DNA of 64,000 nt. It comes from a virus. This document shows positions 38,916 to 49,247 of the stretch, one piece after another (the stretch's first letter is position 1; the number at the start of each line of letters is the position of its first letter). Location of the stretch: positions 52,180-116,179 of IMG/VR virus record IMGVR_UViG_3300025840_000015; one strand, 5' to 3'. The translations under genes and the position numbers were made by a program. Below the pieces are notes generated by a model. The model did no database searches. It saw only the letters and a program-made list of their open reading frames with translations, and was not told where the DNA came from.

Positions 38916-40019
38916 TTAACCTACAATATCCCCAAGAATATCACCAATTGTTCCACCAGTGCTTCCTCCAATCAACCCCCCAACATCACCCAAAACACCA
39001 CCAAAATCACCATCTAATACACCTTCAATAATATTTCCAGTGTCACTTCCCAACACTCCACTTACGGCATTAGTGACTGCACCTTGAATATCTCCGGATA
39101 AAACACCACCGGCAATATCCCCAACTACACCACCAAGTCCACCACCCAAAACACCACCTGCAATATCTCCGATAGCACCACCGATTCCACCTCCACCTAA
39201 TAATCCACCTGCAACATCGCCAATAGCACCACCGATTCCACCTCCACCTAATAATCCACCAGCAACATCTCCGATGGCACCACCGATTCCACCTCCACCT
39301 AATAATCCACCAGCAACATTACCAATAGCACCACCAATTCCGCCACCACCTAATAATCCACCAGCAACATTACCAACTACACTACCAAGTCCACCTCCAC
39401 CTAATAATCCACCAGCAACAGTGCCAAGAAGACCTCCACCAGGAATAACCTTATCAACTACATTATTGACAACATTGCTAACTATTCCTCCAGTAATGTT
39501 GTCAATGAAATCAATACCAATAAAACTTCCAGCAAATGCCAATTTCGTAAAATCTTTTCCGAGTTGAGATATTAAGTTTCCAGAACTTCCCTCAATGTCA
39601 ACTCTTCCACCATCAAGCATAATTCTACCACCACCGGTAACCAAATTTATATTTCTTCCCGCTTTAAAATGTATATCTTTTTCAGCATCTATAAGTATGT
39701 CGGTGGCATGAATTCTAACCATGCCTTGAGATGCAGTAATAGATATATTTCCACTATTACCTACAATAACAATATCCTCTCTTCCCTGACGATTTTTAGC
39801 ACCACCAGATATTTCGATAGTCCTGTCATTATAAATTGAGAATAATCCAGAACTACTCAAACTCATTGAATTTTGAGTATCTTTAGTGTTAGTTACTGCA
39901 TATATCTTATAGATATCAGTTCCTGATTCACCCATTAATGTGGAAGCAGTATCAATCCTAAAATTTGGATTAAAACTAACTAATTGTCTCTTAAAAATAT
40001 TTTTATTTCTTGCTGGCAT
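38916..40019 (-). CDS. gp5 C-terminal spike-like protein with a glycine-zipper repeat tail
   Basis: beta-solenoid-like IxIxA repeats; directly follows the gp5 N-terminal ORF; (GGIGGAIGxVAGGLLGG)n. Confidence 0.6.
   Translation of the reverse strand: MPARNKNIFKRQLVSFNPNFRIDTASTLMGESGTDIYKIYAVTNTKDTQNSMSLSSSGLFSIYNDRTIEISGGAKNRQGREDIVIVGNSGNISITASQGMVRIHATDILIDAEKDIHFKAGRNINLVTGGGRIMLDGGRVDIEGSSGNLISQLGKDFTKLAFAGSFIGIDFIDNITGGIVSNVVNNVVDKVIPGGGLLGTVAGGLLGGGGLGSVVGNVAGGLLGGGGIGGAIGNVAGGLLGGGGIGGAIGDVAGGLLGGGGIGGAIGDVAGGLLGGGGIGGAIGDIAGGVLGGGLGGVVGDIAGGVLSGDIQGAVTNAVSGVLGSDTGNIIEGVLDGDFGGVLGDVGGLIGGSTGGTIGDILGDIVG
39110..39440 (-). repeat. 51-bp coding tandem repeat (17-aa glycine zipper)
   Basis: ccacctccacctaataatccacc.gcaaca recurs every 51 bp. 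Confidence 0.85.
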
Positions 40020-40023
40020 AATT

Positions 40024-42120
40024 TTATGTTGGGCAATCTATAGATGTTACTGATTTTTGCTTGAAGAGATTAGAATCTGTAGATTCTATAGAATTATCTC
40101 CAGTAATGGTGCTTACCTGAGAACTATCAATAGTATTTACTGATAGTTGTCCATCATCATCTGTGGTTACTATAAGTTCTCTTACTGAACCCAATATTGG
40201 TCTAACAACGGCACCAGAACCAGTATCCGACAATACCTCAATAAGTGGAAGTCCATCCACATTAGTATTATTTATTGGGTCAATCTGTGTTATACTTCCA
40301 TCTTCATCTAAGACAAATGTATAATCATTACCTAGATCATCAAATATTTCAGTATTATCGTAAGTATATCCAGAACCACCATCTTCAATGTATACACCTG
40401 TGATGGAATAATCAAAAATACTTCCTACAGAATATCCCTCACCTTCAGAAACCATGTATATCTGATCAATTCTACCATCATCAGTAATAGTGCATCTTGC
40501 GACGGCACCATATCCTTGATCCATTTCATCACATATTTCAACAAATGGTGGATAATCATACCCAAATCCAGGATCTACAAGTTGAATTCCAATAATACTA
40601 GCTGTAATTTCGCCATCATTATCAGCAACAACATTTCCAAATATAGGAACTGCTTTACCACCTTCACCATCTCCACCTCCACCAAAAATGCAGATTTGTG
40701 GTGGTGGAGCTGGTTTTATATCATCAGTCTTACATTTTTTCTTCTTTCTCCTCCTTCTCCTTTTTTTCTTAATATCTTTAGTAATTTCTCTTATATTCTC
40801 AAAAGTTCCTTGCATACTCTTTTCAATAGTAGAAGTTGATCCAGAATATCCAACTCCAAGAATCCATTCATTCGCCATTCGCGAATAGGATTTGGCTGAT
40901 TGATTTGTAAAGAATCCAATTCCAAATTCAGACAGCATTCCAATCGAATCTCTAAGAGTATCTCCAAGATTGAAATTTGTAAAGAACTGTAATATTTTGA
41001 AAATTGCATCCAATGGTCCTTTCAAAAATCTTTCACATAATGAAATAATATCATTTAAGAAGCTTGCGGTAAATTGATCTGCTGCACATGAAACAAATCT
41101 CTTATAATTCTTAAGAGCATCTTTAAGAATTTTAGAAACTTTATTCTTAACTTTATCAACAATCAGACCAACTATTTGACTGAATGATTCTTCAAGAAGT
41201 TTTACTGGATATACCATTACTTCCTGAGCAGCAACTCCGGCAAGATGAGCTGCTACAGGATTTCCAGTTGCGGCAAGAACTTTAGCAAAAACTAATTTGT
41301 ATAGTAGATTTAATCCTTCTTTTATAAGTTTTATAAGACCACCAAATCCTGATTTATTTCCTTTAATTAAAAATCTGAATAAAGTTCCAACAATATCATT
41401 CGCCATGTTTGTAATTTTATCAATGGCTTGATTTATTGATTCCTTTACTTTTTTTCTATTACCTTTAAGTGTCTTTAATGTATCAATTAAATTCTGAACT
41501 ACAGATTTTATTCTATCAAATATAGTATTTTTTACTGGATTTGCAAGAGCAACTTTTTTACCAACTGAAGAACTTGAACTAAAAACTTTTTGTTGTGCTT
41601 TTTTAGATACTCTATCTAATTTTTTTGGTTTTAATGTTTGAGGAGTTCTATTACTATTCTCCTTTGGTTCATTAGATTCTGGAAATGGAGTTGTTAATGA
41701 AGATTGTGGTATTGCTTTTGAAAAACCAGTAAATGGGACAAATGGGGAATCATACTTTTCAGAACCAACAGCATCTGTTCTTCCAAATGTTGCCATAATT
41801 ACTGGAACTTGTGCATTATCTCCATCAAGGAAGAAACCAAACACCATATCTCCTGGTTGCAATTGCACACCAGTCATCACATTTGCTGCACCACTTCCTG
41901 CAGTTGTAGGAATTAAAACCTGTGCCCAAGGCAAATCTTCATTTGGGAGTTCATCTTCATTAAAGGGATGATATCCCATTATTCGAACTTTAAATCTGTT
42001 TCCCCATCCACCACCTTTAGTCTGCTTCTTCATGGATTCGAGTGGTGGAATTTGTCCTATCCACCAAACAAACCCATCTCTACCTACAAAATTATTTTGG
42101 ATCGTTGATTGGTCTAACAT
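40024..42120 (-). CDS. gp5: baseplate hub/spike gp5, N-terminal OB-fold part
   Basis: FVGRDGFVWWIG...RFKVRIMGYH...LPWAQV...VFGFFLDGDNAQVPVIM. Confidence 0.85.
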   Translation of the reverse strand: MLDQSTIQNNFVGRDGFVWWIGQIPPLESMKKQTKGGGWGNRFKVRIMGYHPFNEDELPNEDLPWAQVLIPTTAGSGAANVMTGVQLQPGDMVFGFFLDGDNAQVPVIMATFGRTDAVGSEKYDSPFVPFTGFSKAIPQSSLTTPFPESNEPKENSNRTPQTLKPKKLDRVSKKAQQKVFSSSSSVGKKVALANPVKNTIFDRIKSVVQNLIDTLKTLKGNRKKVKESINQAIDKITNMANDIVGTLFRFLIKGNKSGFGGLIKLIKEGLNLLYKLVFAKVLAATGNPVAAHLAGVAAQEVMVYPVKLLEESFSQIVGLIVDKVKNKVSKILKDALKNYKRFVSCAADQFTASFLNDIISLCERFLKGPLDAIFKILQFFTNFNLGDTLRDSIGMLSEFGIGFFTNQSAKSYSRMANEWILGVGYSGSTSTIEKSMQGTFENIREITKDIKKKRRRRRKKKKCKTDDIKPAPPPQICIFGGGGDGEGGKAVPIFGNVVADNDGEITASIIGIQLVDPGFGYDYPPFVEICDEMDQGYGAVARCTITDDGRIDQIYMVSEGEGYSVGSIFDYSITGVYIEDGGSGYTYDNTEIFDDLGNDYTFVLDEDGSITQIDPINNTNVDGLPLIEVLSDTGSGAVVRPILGSVRELIVTTDDDGQLSVNTIDSSQVSTITGDNSIESTDSNLFKQKSVTSIDCPT

Positions 42121-42134
42121 TTAATTAATCTTTG

Positions 42135-43433
42135 TTATCTTTTGATTTTACCGAATACATCTCTTATCAATTTTAAAGAAGTATATGAACTGTCACTATC
42201 AAAGTGATGACAAAGTTCTTTAATAATATATAGACCACTTTGCTCTCTATCATATTCTTTTTTGTCACCTGAAGTTAGCAATGGAAAATAGCATTCAATA
42301 CAATCACCTGCCTTCAAATTAGTATTAGAAGAAATCATTATATTCATATCTTGAGTGAAGATAGTATTATATCTCATTATTGATTGTGACTGATATTCAG
42401 TTGGATCATTATTTTCTTTTTTAGATACATTTCTATCGAAAGTTCCAATATCTTTTATAAAAGTCATATTTCTTGATGGTATATCACCAAGAGTTATATC
42501 TGAATTTTGAGATATAATTGGCAACTTTAATTTTTTGGAGAATGAAGTGTCAGAAACTTTAAATAGTTTTCTTTTTATTGAAAAATCAGTTGGATCGAAG
42601 AAAGTATGTTGACTTGCGTAACTACCTATTCTTAATTTTTCTATTAAATTTTGATTTCTATTGGTAAAATAATTCAATATTTTAAAATCATTATCTATCT
42701 TTCTTGCATTTTCATCAAAATTATCAGAAACATCCTTAACATAATATTTTGCAGATGGACTTTGAGAAAATAGTCCATCTAAAGATCTAAATTGAAATCC
42801 ATTCTTATCTTCATAAAAAACAAATCCTGCTTTTGCACTTCCGGAATTTTCTGGAATTGATTTAGATGCCAGTGAAGTTAGAATAGTAAAAGGTTTTCTC
42901 ATATTACCTATGAATCCATAAGTATTTTTTGTAGTATCAATTGTTCCTATTTTTTTAGTCTTTAGATAATCTTTGAGGATTATATTTACAGAATCACTTA
43001 TCCTTAAGGAAGGTTTAAACTTTATAGGAACTCTCGATGTCTCATTAGTAATTGCTTCCCTAGAAGTTAAGTGTAAGGTAAAACTTTCCCTATCCCCATC
43101 AATTATTACATCAGTAATAGAAGAAACATAAAAATATTTTTCTGCAATTTTGGAAAAATCTAACCCAGGATTTCTATTAGAATTTCCCGCAATTTTAACT
43201 ACAACTCTTTCACCTCCTCTTAATGGCAATCCATTATAAATTGATTGAATATCACCCCTTTGATCTTTTATTACATTTCCACCCGCAACTATTTTTAATT
43301 TTGCAGTTATAATTGGTGAAAATATATCTTCAAAATATTCAAATGCTATAGCGCCTCTCCTTAGATCAACTGTTCTAAGACCATCATTAGATTCTATTGT
43401 TAATACTTTATATACCGATTTTTTAGTTGACAT
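42135..43433 (-). CDS. baseplate hub protein (gp27-like)
   Basis: YFEDIFSP, LPLRGGE, GFVFYE..GFQFRS, LKAGD, SGLYIIKELCH; adjacent to gp5. Confidence 0.7.
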   Translation of the reverse strand: MSTKKSVYKVLTIESNDGLRTVDLRRGAIAFEYFEDIFSPIITAKLKIVAGGNVIKDQRGDIQSIYNGLPLRGGERVVVKIAGNSNRNPGLDFSKIAEKYFYVSSITDVIIDGDRESFTLHLTSREAITNETSRVPIKFKPSLRISDSVNIILKDYLKTKKIGTIDTTKNTYGFIGNMRKPFTILTSLASKSIPENSGSAKAGFVFYEDKNGFQFRSLDGLFSQSPSAKYYVKDVSDNFDENARKIDNDFKILNYFTNRNQNLIEKLRIGSYASQHTFFDPTDFSIKRKLFKVSDTSFSKKLKLPIISQNSDITLGDIPSRNMTFIKDIGTFDRNVSKKENNDPTEYQSQSIMRYNTIFTQDMNIMISSNTNLKAGDCIECYFPLLTSGDKKEYDREQSGLYIIKELCHHFDSDSSYTSLKLIRDVFGKIKR

Positions 43434-45364
43434 TATAGGAAAGATAAATCTGTTAAAAGTTTTTTCTTAATGAAGTTATTTAACATATTAAACTCAGAAA
43501 CTACTGGTCTATAACCAGCGCCACCACCACCAGAAGATGCTCCAGAAGATGGTGCTGATGGTTTTGTATCATCAATCATGATAATTTCAGATCCTTTTCT
43601 TTCCGGAGTGCTTATTCTTTGCGCATTTGGTGGTTTTGGAGAAATTGCAGCATCTTTCTCTTTGCGTTCAACAGATCCTCCAGATACATTTGATCCGGAT
43701 ACGAGTGTAGATATGTAATTTTGAATTACAGAGTCTGGTGCTTGAATATGAACATGAGTTCCTTCTGGTCCTGGTGGGACTGTTCTTCCACTGTGTCCTT
43801 GCAATCCTAAAATACTACCAACAGTAACTTTATCTCCTGTCTGAACATTAAGTGAATTGAAATGTCCAAGTTCAACTAATCCCTGTGGAGATTCTATTTC
43901 AACCCACTTACCACCATTTCCGGAATATCCTGCCCAATTTACTGTCCCATCAACTGGAGATGGGACTGGAATATTTAAAAATTCATTTCCTTTATATAAA
44001 GTAAAGTCAGTAATTAATCTACTACCAGCATATGATGTTCTTGTTTTACCTGAATGTGTTCCTAATTGTGATATTGAATTTATATTTTTACCACCACTAG
44101 TGACTCTATATCCATTCAATGTTGCTTTAGGTTGTCCTTGTATTACTGCATTTTTCTCTTTATCCAAACTTTGTTGATATACTTGCTTTAATTGAGTTTT
44201 TTGTTTGGTTGGTTGATTATAAGTATTTCCTGGAAAAGATGCCCATGTTGGAGATAGTTTTTTTATTACAGCATCACTTAATCCCTCTTTTCTTAAAACT
44301 TCTGGAGTTACTCCTGCTCTGGCAGCAAGTTTAAGTGCCAATTCATCTTGAAATTCTTTATCAAACTTTCTGTTGGTATCCATACCAACAGACTCTGCTA
44401 GACCTGTAATATTGATAAATTGATATGCACCTACAGCAGCAGATCTATCTAATTTTCCAGTTTTGTCCCTGAATTGAGATTGTGGATCTTTTAAGAATTT
44501 GTCAACTAATTGTTCAACTTCAGCAACACTTAATTTTGTCAAATCACCATATTTTGCTTCCCCATACTTATCTCCAAAAAACATACTATATCCAGTTGGT
44601 CCTGATGTTCCCTCTGCATATCTTATGGTTTGTAACAATGCTTGTTGATCAACACTACCAACACGAGAAACATCATCTGGTGCATTAGATCTAACTTCCC
44701 CAAGAACTGGTGCTTTTTCTCCAGTATCAATATCTTCATTCAATGGTGTTGTGAATATCTTAAAGCTTTCTACAATATCATCTCCAAGTATTGATATTGA
44801 ATCATTTAATTCATCAAATGATTTAGATATTTCGCCACTAGAAAATGCTTCAAAATCAAGATTAATGAGACTAGAATACAATCCCCCCATAGAAACTGTA
44901 AAATTATCTATTACAGTCTTAGTATTTGTAACAAATTTATCTAAGGATTCTTTTAATTTTTTAATTCTTTTTATAAATTGCGCTCCCACAAAAATCCAAG
45001 TTGGAAGATTATTCATTATCCAACCAGCGGTAATATATCCAAGTGCTTTCAATAATCTACTCAGAGGACCATCATTACTGGCAGTAATGACAGATAATGG
45101 AGATGCCTTTGATTGAGAAATTTTATTAATTTCAATTTCATCTTCTGAGATTTTTCTTCTATCAGATTCCAATCTTCGATATTCTAATAATCTCGATCTA
45201 GAATAAAAATCTCTTCTTATTTGATTATTAGAACTAATAACGTTAGAAATATTGTCAATAGAATTTCTAGCAGAAGAAACACTTCTTCTACTGCTTTCCA
45301 GAGACTCTGAGATTGCTCCCAAATTTATTGTCGATCTTCTTAAAGTATCTACTGCTGTTGCCAT
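43433..45364 (-). CDS. tail-associated peptidoglycan hydrolase: lambda-lysozyme-like + M23-like domains
   Basis: ALLQTIRYAEGT, SAAVGAYQF, FQDELA, WASFP; SPVDGTV, GNGGKWV, GHSGRT, THVH. Confidence 0.8.
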   Translation of the reverse strand: MATAVDTLRRSTINLGAISESLESSRRSVSSARNSIDNISNVISSNNQIRRDFYSRSRLLEYRRLESDRRKISEDEIEINKISQSKASPLSVITASNDGPLSRLLKALGYITAGWIMNNLPTWIFVGAQFIKRIKKLKESLDKFVTNTKTVIDNFTVSMGGLYSSLINLDFEAFSSGEISKSFDELNDSISILGDDIVESFKIFTTPLNEDIDTGEKAPVLGEVRSNAPDDVSRVGSVDQQALLQTIRYAEGTSGPTGYSMFFGDKYGEAKYGDLTKLSVAEVEQLVDKFLKDPQSQFRDKTGKLDRSAAVGAYQFINITGLAESVGMDTNRKFDKEFQDELALKLAARAGVTPEVLRKEGLSDAVIKKLSPTWASFPGNTYNQPTKQKTQLKQVYQQSLDKEKNAVIQGQPKATLNGYRVTSGGKNINSISQLGTHSGKTRTSYAGSRLITDFTLYKGNEFLNIPVPSPVDGTVNWAGYSGNGGKWVEIESPQGLVELGHFNSLNVQTGDKVTVGSILGLQGHSGRTVPPGPEGTHVHIQAPDSVIQNYISTLVSGSNVSGGSVERKEKDAAISPKPPNAQRISTPERKGSEIIMIDDTKPSAPSSGASSGGGGAGYRPVVSEFNMLNNFIKKKLLTDLSFL

Positions 45365-45365
45365 A

Positions 45366-47141
45366 TTATACTATTACATTGTAAGTTAATTGAGAATATA
45401 GCAAATAGAAGTTATCAGAATTTGATGAATTTATTAATGGAACTTCAGCAATTGGTTCACTAGAAACTACAGAACCTTCTTGCTGATTTTGTCCACTTGA
45501 TGTTTTAATCATTGTCAATGATGGCTTTGGTTCTGGTAACTGTCCCACTTTCTGTGGTTTTGGTGGAATTGTTGCTATTGATGCTGGAGTTATGCTCTCA
45601 GCATTAACTTTAGACTGTTGCTCCTTAACTGGTTCATCAATAATGACTGGAGAAACTTGTTTTGTTTCTTCAGATTCTATCTGATTTGATTGGGAACTAT
45701 TAACATTTTCTAAAGGTGATTGATCAGATGATGTAGTAGGTTGAATCATTGAAACTTCGGTTCCAGAAGAAGTTTCAATGTTAGTAGAATCCTCCATGGG
45801 AGGAATCATAGACTGATCAGTTACATTATCACCCATTATAGTTTCTTGGGGAGAAACTGTATCTTTAATATTTTTTTCCAGATCTTTCTTGAGAGAAGTG
45901 ATAGATTCTGGTTTTATAACAGGATCTATTGTTTGTTTAGATTCTTGAGAGTTTTGTGTCTCTTTATTTTCCGCAGATTTACTTTCTGGTATTTTACTTT
46001 CTAATGGTTTATTTGAAGGAGGTGGTGTCTCAGTTTTATTTTCAGTTTCCTTTAATTTATTTGCTTCTTCTACTACTTGATCTGCAACAACTTTATTATT
46101 TGGATTCTTTCCAAATATATTGCTCCCGAATATTTCTGCAATTTGATCTGCACCATATGCAAGTTTGGCGCTTGTTGTTACTAATCTAACCCAAACATTT
46201 GCTCCACCAAGTGTAGATATTGCACCTATCAATGCGTCAGCGTTTTCACCATTCTTAAGATTCATAAATGTAGTAAGCAATCTCATAGAATTATTAAATA
46301 GGTAATCTTTTCCTTTTGCAAGAGGATTTTTCGGTTTTGGTGGAGTTCTTGGTGTTGTTGGTGTTGTTGGTGTTGTTGGACTAGTTCTTGGAGAACTTCT
46401 CGGTCCCCTTTGTTGACGCCTGTTAAATCTATCAACTATCTTTTTAAGAGGGTTTAATTTTGAAGAAACATTAGATAAAATATTTTTTAATATACTAAAT
46501 CCTGCCCTTAATGTAAGTAAACTACCAACAACAATTCCAATATTTTTTAAAATATTCTTTTTTATTTGATCTAATCTTTGATTATTTCCATCCTCTGATG
46601 CTTGTATTGCTTCTGCAGTTTGATCAGTCAACCAACCAGCAAACAATAATCCTAAAGCAGTTCCAATTCTCCCAAAAATATCATTCATTTTGGGAGCTAA
46701 TGTATTAACTGGTTTTATTACAGCATTTGTAATCTTTGTTTCAATTTGATTTTCCTTACCAATTCTTACTTGTCTTTCTGCAAGTAATCTATTTCTACTT
46801 TCTTCATCTCTAAGTCTTTGTTGCTCTTCAAAAGAACCTCTACTAATTAAAGAAGCAATTCTATCTAGACCATCACTAATACCATCTATCTCTGATCTTA
46901 AACTTAAAATATTAGAATTTAATGATGAAAGTGTTTGCTCCTGTTGAGTTATTACATTACTAGTCTGAGTATCTACTATATTCCTTCTTTGTTCTACACC
47001 CAGAATATCACTTCTAATTGTGGATGCATTTATTATTGTTCTATTTACTATTAATTCGCGAACCTGAGGAGAAAGAATGGATCCAGTATATGGATCCATT
47101 CCTGTTCTAACTACATTTGATGCTACATCTTCTCTAGCCAT
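45366..47141 (-). CDS. tape-measure-like helical tail protein
   Basis: coiled-coil N-terminus, hydrophobic helices, low-complexity C-terminus; position after gp26/gp51-like genes. Confidence 0.55.
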   Translation of the reverse strand: MAREDVASNVVRTGMDPYTGSILSPQVRELIVNRTIINASTIRSDILGVEQRRNIVDTQTSNVITQQEQTLSSLNSNILSLRSEIDGISDGLDRIASLISRGSFEEQQRLRDEESRNRLLAERQVRIGKENQIETKITNAVIKPVNTLAPKMNDIFGRIGTALGLLFAGWLTDQTAEAIQASEDGNNQRLDQIKKNILKNIGIVVGSLLTLRAGFSILKNILSNVSSKLNPLKKIVDRFNRRQQRGPRSSPRTSPTTPTTPTTPRTPPKPKNPLAKGKDYLFNNSMRLLTTFMNLKNGENADALIGAISTLGGANVWVRLVTTSAKLAYGADQIAEIFGSNIFGKNPNNKVVADQVVEEANKLKETENKTETPPPSNKPLESKIPESKSAENKETQNSQESKQTIDPVIKPESITSLKKDLEKNIKDTVSPQETIMGDNVTDQSMIPPMEDSTNIETSSGTEVSMIQPTTSSDQSPLENVNSSQSNQIESEETKQVSPVIIDEPVKEQQSKVNAESITPASIATIPPKPQKVGQLPEPKPSLTMIKTSSGQNQQEGSVVSSEPIAEVPLINSSNSDNFYLLYSQLTYNVIV

Positions 47142-47304
47142 TGCTGTTCTTTAGATTTTCTTCCTCAATGTATTGTTGCAAGAGAGTTATGTAAACTTCT
47201 CTCTCCCAAGGAATCATATTTTCTATCTCTGTCAAAGAGTATTTATGATGCTGAACCAGAGAAAAGTTAGTCTTATAGTATGACTCAAGACTTTCATGGG
47301 CCAT
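47134..47304 (-). CDS. small baseplate/tail assembly protein (gp51-like), possible -1 frameshift extension of gp26
   Basis: manual translation MAHESLESYYKTNFSLVQHHKYSLTEIENMIPWEREVYITLL... Confidence 0.75.
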   Translation of the reverse strand: MAHESLESYYKTNFSLVQHHKYSLTEIENMIPWEREVYITLLQQYIEEENLKNSNG

Positions 47305-47306
47305 AC

Positions 47307-48023
47307 CTATGCTAAAAAACTAGTTAGTCCCTCTAGAACAACTTCACTGTCAACTCCAGTGTTTGGATTTTTTACTTTTATAGTATGTGATAGTTTTGGC
47401 ATGGTCTCAAAAAATTTCTCAACCGCTTTAAACTGGGATGATGTAAATCCTTCAATAAAATCAGATAATTCTTTTTTAGTGCAATCAGAAGCACTCCAAG
47501 ATTCTTCTTCAGTATAAACTTGCTCTATACAAGAACATATCATATCAAATGTTTCATCAACAGTAACTCCCTGAGATGTAAAATTCTTTTTAATGAATTC
47601 TTTCATTGAGGGATACTTCATTCTTAGAGTCAGATCATCAGACAACTTAATATCTCTAGAATGATTTTTCAATGTTTTAACATTAATCTCATCAAGATTA
47701 ATACTTTTTGGAACCTGGGTTTTTCCATCATCAGGACATGTGATTAAAACATCAACACTTTCACCTACAGATTTTCCTCGGATATTTAAAAATAAATATT
47801 CAATATCAAAAGTTGATAAATCTTCAACTTTGATTCCTGGAGTAGTAATACAGTTTTGAATTACTTGTTGAACTGCATCTCCGATCTGCTCCGGATCTTC
47901 ACTTTCAATTGCAATTATTAATATTTTCTCCTCCTTCACAAGAAAAGGTCTATATTTAATTTTCTTTTTTATAGAAGGAATTTCTAAAGAATAAGTTGGA
48001 AATGATACTGATGGTAATGGCAT
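47307..48023 (-). CDS. gp26: baseplate hub assembly protein gp26
   Basis: MPLP...YRPFLVKEEKIL...FDIEYLFLNIRGKSVGE...FFETMPKL. Confidence 0.85.
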   Translation of the reverse strand: MPLPSVSFPTYSLEIPSIKKKIKYRPFLVKEEKILIIAIESEDPEQIGDAVQQVIQNCITTPGIKVEDLSTFDIEYLFLNIRGKSVGESVDVLITCPDDGKTQVPKSINLDEINVKTLKNHSRDIKLSDDLTLRMKYPSMKEFIKKNFTSQGVTVDETFDMICSCIEQVYTEEESWSASDCTKKELSDFIEGFTSSQFKAVEKFFETMPKLSHTIKVKNPNTGVDSEVVLEGLTSFLA

Positions 48024-48056
48024 AATTTTTGCTACAAGATCATATCAATATTTATG

Positions 48057-48764
48057 TTAGAATAGAAAATCTCCTTGCAGAGGATCTCTATTATTAGAAT
48101 CTCTTTTAAAAATATCATAACTTGCAGATCTACCAATCACATACCTATCAATTTTAAATGATGCCTGCATTGTCAAAATATTTGATTGTGAATATGATAC
48201 TGGAATTGAAGCTATATTATAAGGATATAATCCTATAAATGTATACTCCAAAACATTCTTTTTATTTTTTCCATCATAATCCCTCTCAAATTTAAATATT
48301 TTTGTTTTATTTGATTTATAATATTCTGGATATTGCATTCTAATATAATAAGCATCATCAATGTTTTCTGAAATTGGACCTAATTCTCCTTCTAATGGAT
48401 TTGTTGAACCACTTGCAATAAATTCCATCCAATGCTCTAAGAATTTTAAAGATTTATAATTTTTATCAACATAAAATTCCATAGTTATATCTTGATATTG
48501 CCTCCTGTGAGCAATTGATTCTGTCATTCCAATATAGTTTCCATTTATATCTGCAGTGGCAAGTTGAGTTGTTGGCAATGCTGCATTATTGCAAAGAAGT
48601 CCAACATCCTCGGAAATAAATTGCCTATCTATACCTCTTTTATAGAGATAGTCTTTTAATTCCCTACCCAATCCACCAAACCTTACTTGATAGAATGATG
48701 ATTGCGATAAATTAGTAAAAAGTGGTGAGATTTCTGATATTTTTTTTACTTTTGGTCTTGCCAC
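48057..48764 (-). CDS. tail-tube/baseplate junction protein (gp54/gp19-like)
   Basis: LLCNNAALP...R.Y..ITMEFYVD...FLEHWMEFI...YP.NI...VSY. Confidence 0.7.
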   Translation of the reverse strand: MARPKVKKISEISPLFTNLSQSSFYQVRFGGLGRELKDYLYKRGIDRQFISEDVGLLCNNAALPTTQLATADINGNYIGMTESIAHRRQYQDITMEFYVDKNYKSLKFLEHWMEFIASGSTNPLEGELGPISENIDDAYYIRMQYPEYYKSNKTKIFKFERDYDGKNKKNVLEYTFIGLYPYNIASIPVSYSQSNILTMQASFKIDRYVIGRSASYDIFKRDSNNRDPLQGDFLF

Positions 48765-48805
48765 TCTAAATACCTACGTGTAAAACTTGGTGTATATTTA
48801 TTTAG

Positions 48806-49246
48806 ATGTCTTACAAGGGAAAATACAGTCCTTCATATCCCGAAAAATACAGTGGAAATCCTTCAAATATAATTTATAGATCTTTGTGGGAAAGAAAGTA
48901 TATGAAATACTTGGATTTGAATGAAAATATTATACAATGGTCCAGTGAAGAATTTTACATTTGGTATAAATCACCAGTTGATGGAAAACCACACAGATAT
49001 TTTCCAGATTTTATTGTAAAGGAAAAGACATCTTCCGGAAAAATACTAAACTATGTGGTAGAAATAAAACCAAAAAAGCAAACTAAGGCTCCAAAAGAAC
49101 CAAAAAGAAGAACTAAAGGTTATCTTTATGAGGTCATGGAGTATGCTAAGAATCAATCAAAATGGAAGGTTGCCAAAGAATGGTGTGAAGATAGAGGTTA
49201 TGAATTTAGAATACTTACTGAAGAAGATCTAAACATAAGATACTAA
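48806..49246 (+). CDS. gp4: head completion nuclease gp4
   Basis: YKGKY.P..P.KY.G....IIYRSLWE...WSSEE...HRYFPDF...EIKP...FRILTE. Confidence 0.9.
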   Translation: MSYKGKYSPSYPEKYSGNPSNIIYRSLWERKYMKYLDLNENIIQWSSEEFYIWYKSPVDGKPHRYFPDFIVKEKTSSGKILNYVVEIKPKKQTKAPKEPKRRTKGYLYEVMEYAKNQSKWKVAKEWCEDRGYEFRILTEEDLNIRY

Positions 49247-49247
49247 A

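Noticed and set aside
47307-47309. TAG readthrough or recoding at the end of gp26
   Set aside because: The downstream ORF is in the -1 frame, not in frame; long ORFs elsewhere fit the standard code
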